A stretch of DNA of 64,000 bases. Source: a bacterium. Its GTDB lineage: Bacteria > Zhuqueibacterota > Zhuqueibacteria > Residuimicrobiales > Krinioviventaceae. Of the stretch, positions 39,667 to 46,993 are shown piece by piece (the first letter of the stretch is position 1; every line of letters starts with the position of its first letter). Location: positions 142,860 to 206,859 of the forward strand of contig JAKQIY010000006.1 of NCBI GenBank assembly GCA_029561455.1. Direction: 5' to 3'. A model generated the notes under the pieces. It was not told the origin of the DNA, searched no databases, and saw only the letters and a program-made list of their open reading frames with translations. The position numbers and the translations under genes are program-made.

Positions 39667-41091
39667 CTAATAATATTTGATTCCAAACTTGAAACTCCAA
39701 AAATAATCATCCAGTTTGCCATGCAGTATTCCGTCCATGTAATCCGTAAAAGTATACTGGTTTTCAAATAAAAAATTGAAACTGACCTGGCGGGAAACAA
39801 AGCATTCCAGTCCGGCGCCGCCGGCAATAACAGGTTCCCAGCCATTAAAGCGTTTCTCCCTGCTTATTTGTTCTCCTGCTTTATCTCTGACTTTAAAATT
39901 CATAACACCGCCGCCGGCATACACAAATGGCCTTAAACTGCTTTTAGGCCACATATTATAAAATCCCTGTAACTGGGCTAATGCCAGGTCGGTATAAAAG
40001 TTATCACGATTTGCCAGCCGGCCGGCGCTGGCATTGAGCGCCAAAGCGAAGCGGGGATGTAAACCATAACTAATCGTAACATCGCCGCCGGGTCGCAGCC
40101 GGGGATTGGCATAATCACCCTGGTATAACTGGCTGCTGAAGTTGAGCGAAAATGCCAGGCCCTTGTCGTAACCAAACGCCGGAGCTTCGTTAAATGCGGT
40201 TTGTTCCTGACCAAACGCAGAATACCGCTCGCTGTTTTCTTTCTCTACCAGGTAATTTTGGATAATAGGTGATTTGATGTCTTCAGGATTTTTTAATTCC
40301 CAGTTTTTGGTAATAATTCCTTCGCAAATCAAACTCAAAACGCCTTTTTCAATCGCTTCTAAAACACACATCTGCGGGGGTTCATTGGTGCTGTAACCGC
40401 TTTCAATCTCAAGCAAGCGTTTTTCCCGGATAAACCGGTACAGACTGAAATCTACGGCTTTGGATAGGATAGTTTTAGTGGTTGTTACATTATTTAAAAT
40501 CCGTCCCGTTTTTGTGGCAACGGTGCGCAGGTAGATATTAACCTGGTCGCTGCGGAATTCTGTATGACCGCCCAAACCAAAATAGCGGGCGCCAAATCCG
40601 CCGGTTAATGTATTGGTTTCGTAGGAAATGATCCCGCCTTCAAGGGTAACGCCGGCGTAAAGCAGCGGCGGTAATGGGGGAAGTTTATTTCCCTGGTCAT
40701 CGGTATAATTATCGCGGGTGGCGGTGATTATTTTTCGTTCATTTAAAAGATTGGAAATACCTTCGCGTTCAACTACAATGAACCAGCCGGAATCCTCAAG
40801 CGATTTTAACAACATAGACGTGGCGCCCTGGGTGACGGCTGTCGACCAGGTCATGCCGGTAGCAGAGGCTTTGTATTGACCGGTTTGATCGCGGAATTTG
40901 TAAACTGCTATGACGATTTTTTCTTTGGGCTCGGGTAAAGAAATCAACTCTTTATGTACTGATGTAACATAAGTAATGGCTGCCGGTGTACTATGTACCG
41001 GGTTCATATTGCGAAATTGTGGCGAGCAACCAACAGTTAATATTATTAATGCTGTGAGCAGGAAAAAGCCTTTAGCTCTTTTATTATTCAT
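39667..41091 (-). CDS. csgG: Curli production assembly/transport lipoprotein CsgG with an extra C-terminal beta-barrel-like domain.
   Basis: A lipobox is present (LTVGCSP). Residues ~55-290 align with E. coli CsgG by eye: YKFRDQTGQYK.../IQDETGQFK; GATSMLLKSLEDSGWFIVVEREGISNLLNERKII / SATAMLVTALKDSRWFIPLERQGLQNLLNERKII; GGFGARYFGLGGHTEF / GGVGARYFGIGADTQY; ESGYSTNEPPQMCVLEAIEKGVLSLI / EVGYTSNEPVMLCLMSAIETGVIFLI. A further ~190 aa follow that E. coli lacks. They end ...FKFGIKYY, which looks like a small OMP beta-barrel. Confidence 0.85.
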   Translation of the reverse strand: MNNKRAKGFFLLTALIILTVGCSPQFRNMNPVHSTPAAITYVTSVHKELISLPEPKEKIVIAVYKFRDQTGQYKASATGMTWSTAVTQGATSMLLKSLEDSGWFIVVEREGISNLLNERKIITATRDNYTDDQGNKLPPLPPLLYAGVTLEGGIISYETNTLTGGFGARYFGLGGHTEFRSDQVNIYLRTVATKTGRILNNVTTTKTILSKAVDFSLYRFIREKRLLEIESGYSTNEPPQMCVLEAIEKGVLSLICEGIITKNWELKNPEDIKSPIIQNYLVEKENSERYSAFGQEQTAFNEAPAFGYDKGLAFSLNFSSQLYQGDYANPRLRPGGDVTISYGLHPRFALALNASAGRLANRDNFYTDLALAQLQGFYNMWPKSSLRPFVYAGGGVMNFKVRDKAGEQISREKRFNGWEPVIAGGAGLECFVSRQVSFNFLFENQYTFTDYMDGILHGKLDDYFWSFKFGIKYY

Positions 41092-41531
41092 TACAGACCC
41101 TCGCCATTGTAGTATGGTAATTCGATAGTTGTGGTGCCGCCGGTGGAAGGATCGCTGATCTCTATACGCAGCCCCTGTTCAGCGGGAATGACATCAATAG
41201 TATAATCGCCAATTTCATAATGCCCTTCTTCCAATTCCGATTCACCGAATATCTGCGTAACCAGTTTACTGGAAAGCCGGCTCAGAATTTGCCGGTTTAT
41301 ACTGTCGGTAAAATCTTCCAGGGGGTCGCTGGCCTGATAGGAATAAGAACTGGCTTTATCCCCGGTCTTGTCCTGCAGTTGTGCAGAACTTAACAGCCAC
41401 GAAGCATTATATGGATTTCCGCCAAAATTAGGGTTTACAAAGGTATGGACTAATTCTGTGGTGTAACCGGGTAAAACAGAAAACAGAATCAAGCCTAGAA
41501 CGCAAAAAACACCAAAACAGCTCTTGTTCAT
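41091..41531 (-). CDS. csgF: Curli assembly protein CsgF.
   Basis: A signal peptide is followed by [29 protein letters not shown], which matches E. coli CsgF [27 protein letters not shown]. Also [11 protein letters not shown] matches NFTQAIQSQIL, and [29 protein letters not shown] matches [29 protein letters not shown]. The ATGA start/stop overlap with csgG indicates translational coupling. Confidence 0.8.
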   Translation of the reverse strand: [146 protein letters not shown]

Positions 41532-41542
41532 AGTTATTCTCC

Positions 41543-42115
41543 CTAATAAATACCTGTTCCAGCCATATCGTCGCCGGCCATTTGTTTTTGATCCTGAGTG
41601 TAATTAACCAGATAATTGCCGGTAAAACCAGTTGCCTGCCTGGCAGCCTCTTCGATTTCGTCGGATCTTGGCGTTAATCGGTTTTGGTAAATAGAAATAT
41701 CGTTAATATTTATGAAAACCCAGCTGCCGGATTGCCCGGTCGGCATTTCTGAAATATAAATTGTATAATCATAAACCCCGGCAGGAGGCTCCCAGAGGGT
41801 ATAAAAATACTCATAAAATTCCTGACCGATTTTGGTTTTGGTATCGTTAATTATCAGTCCATCAATTTCCAATACATCGCCCGGACGAGTATTTTTTACA
41901 GTCTCAGTTTGTTCTGTTTCTTTAACAGTATCAGCCTGCTGCTGGACTTCCTGCCGGGCTTCCTGCAGTAATTTTTCCAGCAACGCTTTGGTGTTCTGTG
42001 ACTTTTTTTCTTTATCGCTGACTGTTGTACTATCGTTTGTTTGCGTATAAAGGGGTACAGTCATCATAAAAACACACAGCATCGTAACTAAAGTACTGGT
42101 TACACATTTTTTCAT
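41543..42115 (-). CDS. csgE: Curli production assembly/transport component CsgE-like protein.
   Basis: A signal peptide is present. LEIDGLIINDTKTKIGQEFYEYFYTLWE matches E. coli CsgE [28 protein letters not shown], and GSWVFININDISIYQNRL matches GSWITITVNQDVIFQTFL. It is the first gene of the E-F-G order and lies 12 bp upstream of csgF. Confidence 0.65.
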   Translation of the reverse strand: MKKCVTSTLVTMLCVFMMTVPLYTQTNDSTTVSDKEKKSQNTKALLEKLLQEARQEVQQQADTVKETEQTETVKNTRPGDVLEIDGLIINDTKTKIGQEFYEYFYTLWEPPAGVYDYTIYISEMPTGQSGSWVFININDISIYQNRLTPRSDEIEEAARQATGFTGNYLVNYTQDQKQMAGDDMAGTGIY

Positions 42116-42751
42116 AAATTTTTCAGGTGCAGCGAATTAATAAAAGGAACAAGTAATCCCCTTTTTCATCCCACACCCGACTCGCCCTTAATATGATATG
42201 AACCAGGAAATTAACATTATTATATGTCTAGTTTTTTTATTAATTCAAGCACTATGCCAGGTAGAAATTCAGATCTATTGGACAATAACCCCTATGTTGA
42301 TATTTTTCAAATATTTGTAAATGTTCTTATTTCGTAAATATCTTCGAGGAATGGAATTTGTGTTTCCTGACTGAAACAGGTTGATGACAATAATGCTATA
42401 ACATCATAAAAAACATAAATCAAGCAATTGTACTAAAAATGACACAAAAAAGCATCATTCGTGTAATTCGGAAAAATTTGTAATTATACCTGTAATAAAA
42501 AAAAACAAACAATTAAAACAAAAATGATCATTAAAAATACTCAACTTTAGATTGCCAGGTAAGTTATTTGAAAATTAAAGATGATGAGGTTTTAGAGCGG
42601 GACCTTGACAGTACGATTCACTCTTTTTTAACCAGAAGCATAAATTTTTAAAATTATAGCTTCTGGTTCACAATCTCCCGATTGGGAACCCGCTTGTACA
42701 AAATCTCTGATTTGATATGCAAAAATTATATAAAAAAATAACTGCTTTAAA

Positions 42752-42801
42752 GGAATCGGAGATTCCTGACCACTTTCGTTCCTGAACGGGAAATCAGGAA
42801 C
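42752..42801 (-). terminator. Candidate intrinsic terminator of two tandem hairpins for the minus-strand operon 44765->42882.
   Basis: Two perfect hairpins are present: GTTCCTGA-ACGGGAAA-TCAGGAAC (42778-42801) and GGAATC-GGA-GATTCC (42752-42766). Read on the minus strand, they are followed by a T-rich run (the reverse complement of 42721-42750). Confidence 0.3.
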
Positions 42802-42881
42802 TAAGAAACAATGATTGTAAATTACTTGCTTATTGAAATGAACTCTTTAATCACGCCGTTTCCCGGTGTCATTAATACTAT

Positions 42882-43055
42882 CTAAAAGGACAACAGCGAA
42901 TCCGTCTCGTTCTCCACCCGTTTGCGCGTTACATACACTACAAAGCCATCCACCCCGGAGCCGTCATAATCCACTTCCAGAGATACCTTGCTGCGACTCT
43001 GGATGATCTTGTGCAGCAGCCGGATGATCTGCGGTATACTCAACTTGCCGCTCAT
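42882..43055 (-). CDS. Hypothetical small protein, 57 aa.
   Basis: It reads MSGKLSIPQIIRLLHKIIQSRSKVSLEVDYDGSGVDGFVVYVTRKRVENETDSLLSF. Its ATG overlaps the TGA of the upstream small gene (ATGA), which indicates translational coupling. It is not in the ORF track, and I did not recognise a family (it faintly resembles DUF2283). Confidence 0.35.
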   Translation of the reverse strand: MSGKLSIPQIIRLLHKIIQSRSKVSLEVDYDGSGVDGFVVYVTRKRVENETDSLLSF

Positions 43056-43291
43056 GCTGTTTTCACTCCTTCAAATCCTGCCTCGGCAAACCGTTTTTCG
43101 GTAATTTTCCCGCTCACCAAGCCAATGCTTTCCACCCGCCCGGACTTTTCCCGGCATTCCCGGCAATCTTGCGCTAAACAACGGGTGCAATAATGGCATT
43201 TTTCTGTATTGTCTTGCATTTTTTCTCCACTATTTTTTCCAAAACCCCAATTAGGCCTTAATAGTTGCAATACCTTGTCCCCTTTGTCCAT
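43052..43291 (-). CDS. Hypothetical small Cys-rich protein, zinc-ribbon-like, ~79 aa from ATG 43291.
   Basis: It reads MDKGDKVLQ...EKCHYCTRCLAQDCRECREKSG..., with a GGTGGA Shine-Dalgarno 5 nt upstream of the ATG. It contains a C-x2-C...C-x2-C cluster. The track lists a GTG-initiated version starting at 43300. Confidence 0.4.
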   Translation of the reverse strand: MDKGDKVLQLLRPNWGFGKNSGEKMQDNTEKCHYCTRCLAQDCRECREKSGRVESIGLVSGKITEKRFAEAGFEGVKTA

Positions 43292-43400
43292 GCCGTCCAC
43301 CGGTTACCGGGTGAAGCATTCTGTCCAGGACTTGTTACAGTTTAAATTTCATTTGGAACGAATGCTTCACCCCTACTCAACTAGACAAAAATCCCGGCCA

Positions 43401-44765
43401 TCAATTCTCCACCCCCAACAACCTTCTTGCCCCCCGCACCGCGCCGTTGCGGCCATCCCCATCGGCGATAACCTGCAACAATCCCGCCGCACGGTTGATA
43501 CCCTTGATCCGCTTTTTCGGCAAAAATCCCCCATTACGCACCAGGTGGACAAACTCTTCTTCATCGATCATCCCCATTTCAAACATGCGCTGGTAAGCGT
43601 TCAACTCCTTGTCCAGCGCCGTGGCGTTCAGCAGCCGCGCCCGCGCCTGTTCCGTCTTGTCGAGCAGATTAACCTCTTTCCATTCCAGCTTCCAGTTCGC
43701 CCCGGCCTCGCCGCGCAGGATCAAAAACGTATCCACCACGCGACGTATAATCGGGTCGATTTTCGTCCGGTACGAGTTGATATTCGCAACGATCATATCG
43801 TTCTGGTTATTGCTCATCCGCTCGGTCGTCGTCCACTTGTACAGACCGAACATAAACGGCGGCAGTCCCGTTTTGGTTATGATTTCCTCCTGCGCCGTAT
43901 GCACCGGCACTTGCAGGTTCAATATGGTATCCTGTCCGCCGAGTATTTTCACGTCGATACTGGCCCCCTCCGGCACGGCCGCGGCTACATCCCGCACACT
44001 CCCCCTGCGCCGAGCCCGGAACACCTCGGTAATATCATTCTGCAAATCCTCCGCCGCTTTTTTTACGCGCCCGAAATCGCCCCCGCGGCCCCCTTGCACC
44101 GTCACCAGGAAGGTCGGGTCCCCCACCCGCCATACCTGGTTTTCGATAGCCTGCTGGATGCGTAAAAAGATTTTCACCACAAACGGCAGCGAATAAAACA
44201 GACTGTATCCCTGCGGATGCCCGTCCCGCTGATCAAAACTGAGATAATAGATGAAATCCTGGTTGGCAAACGGCAGCACATTAAACACCCCCTCGCGCGC
44301 CTGACCCAGCAGCAAACAACCGTTGCGCTCCACAAAGCGGAAATCGTTGGCACGGGCGATCTTGAGCTGCTCCACATCATCCAGCATTTCGGACGGCACC
44401 AGTTCCCCAAAACCCATGCCTTTAGCCAGCGCCGAATCGCACAACTGGTCCACCCACGTATTCAGGCCCGAACTGAAATGGTTCACCCGTACGCCGGACT
44501 TGAACGCGTTCAGCAACTGCTGCACGCGCGGATCTTGCGCGGTCAACTCAAAATCGCCGATCAGCCGCACCAGCTTGATTACCGCCACATCCAAAAGCGG
44601 CACCGCCTCGCGCATCAGGTCGTACAAGTCCAGGTTGAACTTTAATGGCTGATAACCTTGCAGCGCCAGCGCAAAAGGATTCTCCCACGCATCGCGCGTC
44701 TGTGTCCGACTGCTTTTGGCGGACTCTTCCCGCCCCGCAAACCACCTGCTAAAAGGATTTCGCAT
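43401..44765 (-). CDS. Hypothetical soluble protein, 454 aa, family not recognised. It has a vague phage-portal-like feel.
   Basis: The ORF is intact with no signal or TM segment. It has a Gly-rich loop (VQGGRGGDFGRV). It is the first gene of a three-gene minus-strand operon. Confidence 0.6.
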   Translation of the reverse strand: MRNPFSRWFAGREESAKSSRTQTRDAWENPFALALQGYQPLKFNLDLYDLMREAVPLLDVAVIKLVRLIGDFELTAQDPRVQQLLNAFKSGVRVNHFSSGLNTWVDQLCDSALAKGMGFGELVPSEMLDDVEQLKIARANDFRFVERNGCLLLGQAREGVFNVLPFANQDFIYYLSFDQRDGHPQGYSLFYSLPFVVKIFLRIQQAIENQVWRVGDPTFLVTVQGGRGGDFGRVKKAAEDLQNDITEVFRARRRGSVRDVAAAVPEGASIDVKILGGQDTILNLQVPVHTAQEEIITKTGLPPFMFGLYKWTTTERMSNNQNDMIVANINSYRTKIDPIIRRVVDTFLILRGEAGANWKLEWKEVNLLDKTEQARARLLNATALDKELNAYQRMFEMGMIDEEEFVHLVRNGGFLPKKRIKGINRAAGLLQVIADGDGRNGAVRGARRLLGVEN

Positions 44766-44933
44766 CTTTTCTCCCCTCTTTAATCACGACTACAAGATAC
44801 ACAAATAATTCTTTTTTCCAAGCAAGATTGGGTAATTTACACAGAGGGGGGAAAGAAATTATTTTTTATGCTTGTTCAACTCTTCAACCAGTTTGAAAAT
44901 AATGTTACATTTAAAAATATTCAAGAAAAACAA

Positions 44934-44962
44934 TTGACAAAACGCTTTAAATATATTAGATT
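44934..44962 (+). promoter_or_regulatory. Candidate sigma70-like promoter (TTGACA-N17-TAGATT) for the nucleotidyltransferase gene, possibly giving a leaderless mRNA.
   Basis: TTGACA is at 44934-39, a 17-nt spacer follows, TAGATT is at 44957-62, and the ATG is at 44969 with no SD. Confidence 0.25.
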
Positions 44963-44968
44963 TAAAGC

Positions 44969-45238
44969 ATGATATCAACTCAAGACAAACAACAAATAAT
45001 TGAAATTGCCCAAAAATACCAGGCAGCGCGCGTTTTTCTGTTTGGTTCCAGTATCGATCCGCACAGAACTCCAAAAGATATTGATCTAGCTGTGGAAGGC
45101 CTGCCCGATAACCTGTTCTTCAAATTCTGGGGCGAACTTATCTTTGCCCTCTCCAAGCCGGTTGATCTGATTGATCTGAAAAGAGAAACCCGCTTTACAG
45201 AAATAATCCGCGCTGAAGGTCTTTTATTATTTGGATAA
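44969..45238 (+). CDS. Minimal nucleotidyltransferase (MNT) domain protein, the antitoxin-type partner of HEPN/MNT pairs.
   Basis: The motif LFGSSIDPHRTPKDIDLAVEG matches the G[SG]...D.D nucleotidyltransferase fold signature. It is 89 aa. No HEPN partner ORF is evident next to it. Confidence 0.7.
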   Translation: MISTQDKQQIIEIAQKYQAARVFLFGSSIDPHRTPKDIDLAVEGLPDNLFFKFWGELIFALSKPVDLIDLKRETRFTEIIRAEGLLLFG

Positions 45239-45272
45239 TATACTGTATCCATAATCAACTACTCACCTTAAC

Positions 45273-45320
45273 AAATCGTCCATTCAATGGCTGAATTTCA
45301 ACCACTGAGTGGACGATTTG
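45273..45320 (+). other. Strong stem-loop immediately downstream of the MNT gene, a possible terminator or attenuator.
   Basis: A 15-bp stem with one G-U pair (CAAATCGTCCATTCA / TGAGTGGACGATTTG) encloses an 18-nt loop. It is not followed by a clear U-tract. Confidence 0.3.
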
Positions 45321-45490
45321 CATAATTTAACTCCTTAATAATCAATAAAACTACCACTAAAAATCAAACAAAACTTTAAAAACATTTTTGCACATCTTTA
45401 ATTACAAAAAATCCTTGAATATCACCGGATTTTTCCTTAATATCACCATACAATCGGGTTGTACATCTTACTATATACGACCGGGTAACT

Positions 45491-46120
45491 ATGCAAAACT
45501 CAAATAAATATATTGCCATCATCGGCGATCTGGTCAACTCCCGCGCCATGACCAACCGCAACGAGGTGCAAAATGCGTTGATCAATACCCTGAACACTAT
45601 CAACTCCAGCGATCTCAAACAACATATCGCCGCCAAATTCGTTATTACCCTCGGTGATGAATTCCAGGGACTGGTAACGCGTAATTTCCCCCTTCACCCT
45701 TTTCTCGAATTATATCATTCCGGCCTGCCCGCCAATGTCGCTACCCGCTTTGGTATCGGCCTGGGAGAATTGGCCACCGAATTAAAAAGCGAAACCATCG
45801 GTATGGACGGCCCCTGCTTTCACAACGCCCGCTCTGCAATTACCAGGGCTAAAAACGAAAATATCAACCTTATCTTTCAGGGTTTCGAAATGAATACCGC
45901 TCTCAATGCCTTGTATCATAACATTAACAATATTACCCAAAACTGGAAAGCCAGACAACTGCAAGTTATCTCGCTTTATAAAGATACGGAAGATCAAACG
46001 AATGTTGCAAAAAAAATGAAAATATCAAGACAAGCGGTTCATCGTATTTTAAAAGCAGCAAAATATGACCTGGTGCAAACCGGCTGGGATGGTGTACAAG
46101 AACTATTCTCCTTTATTTGA
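45491..46120 (+). CDS. SatD-like protein with a C-terminal helix-turn-helix, a putative regulator.
   Basis: The N-terminal YIAIIGDLVNSRAM resembles the signature I recall for SatD-family proteins. The C-terminal KMKISRQAVHRILKAAK is HTH-like, sigma-70 region-4 style. Confidence 0.45.
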   Translation: MQNSNKYIAIIGDLVNSRAMTNRNEVQNALINTLNTINSSDLKQHIAAKFVITLGDEFQGLVTRNFPLHPFLELYHSGLPANVATRFGIGLGELATELKSETIGMDGPCFHNARSAITRAKNENINLIFQGFEMNTALNALYHNINNITQNWKARQLQVISLYKDTEDQTNVAKKMKISRQAVHRILKAAKYDLVQTGWDGVQELFSFI

Positions 46121-46132
46121 GAATAATAACTT

Positions 46133-46242
46133 TTGTCAACCATTTTTGGTTGACAAAGCCATTGTCAACCATTTTTGGTTGACTACAGCCCAGTCAATTA
46201 AATTTGATTGACTGAAGCCTAGTCAATCAAATTTGATTGACT
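46133..46242. promoter_or_regulatory. Array of four palindromic sites, two of each of two types, immediately downstream of the SatD-like gene.
   Basis: TTGTCAACC-ATTTTT-GGTTGACAA is at 46133-46156 and repeats at 46162-46184 with one mismatch. CAGTCAAT-N8-ATTGACTG is at 46191-46214. AGTCAATCAAATTTGATTGACT, a perfect 22-bp palindrome, is at 46221-46242 and is followed by TTTTATTAT. Confidence 0.5.
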
Positions 46243-46453
46243 TTTATTATACTACACTCCTGCAAATTTCCTGTTAATAAAAAAATCCCCTTACAAACAC
46301 TGAAAAAATCACTGTATTGACCTCTAATCAAGGTCAACGAAATACGAAATTATTAAGATGGATATTTTCCCTGGGAAAAAAAATCTGTTGCATTCTAGCC
46401 AAATTCCTGTTATTTTTTCTTAAATAAACCGTTTATAATATTGCAGGTGAAAA

Positions 46454-46795
46454 ATGCACACAAAATTCTATCCCCTTGTCATTCTGATCGCAGTTATCCT
46501 TCTCTCCCTGGCGGGTTGTTCCAAAGACGAACCCACCAAAAGCAAAGCCCCGGCCAACGTGGTCGGCACCTGGCGTATCGAGTGGACCGCCCAGCCGAAT
46601 CATGGCTCGTTTACCATTACTTTTAAATCCGATTTTACTTACACCTCAACGGCTGCCGCCGAACCCGGCACATTCGATTCTAACGGCAAAAAAATCTCCT
46701 GGATGATGAATAATATTTATTACTCTGCAACAGTCGGCGGCACATCCATGAGCGGCACCCTCGCTGATGGTAATTTTATCGGCGCCAAACAATAA
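46454..46795 (+). CDS. Small hypothetical lipoprotein, 113 aa.
   Basis: A lipobox is present (SLAGCSKD). The sequence is beta-rich and I did not recognise a family. Confidence 0.5.
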   Translation: MHTKFYPLVILIAVILLSLAGCSKDEPTKSKAPANVVGTWRIEWTAQPNHGSFTITFKSDFTYTSTAAAEPGTFDSNGKKISWMMNNIYYSATVGGTSMSGTLADGNFIGAKQ

Positions 46796-46993
46796 CCAGG
46801 CAGCTTCTGTTGTTTATAGAGTACCTCTTTTATATTGTGCTTGCAATCGGTAGGATAGGGTCTTGCCCTATGTAAAAATTTTCATTTATTGTAATCAGGA
46901 TTTTCCAAGAGTACATGATCAGAATTAAGCAATGACAGGGCAAGCCCCCATCGAACCCTTAATTACCAAATTAAAAAGCAAAGCATTTACTCT

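Noticed and set aside
43401-44765. Prophage or portal-protein interpretation of the 454-aa protein.
   Set aside because: I saw no terminase, capsid, integrase or other phage genes nearby, and the resemblance is only impressionistic. It is left as hypothetical.
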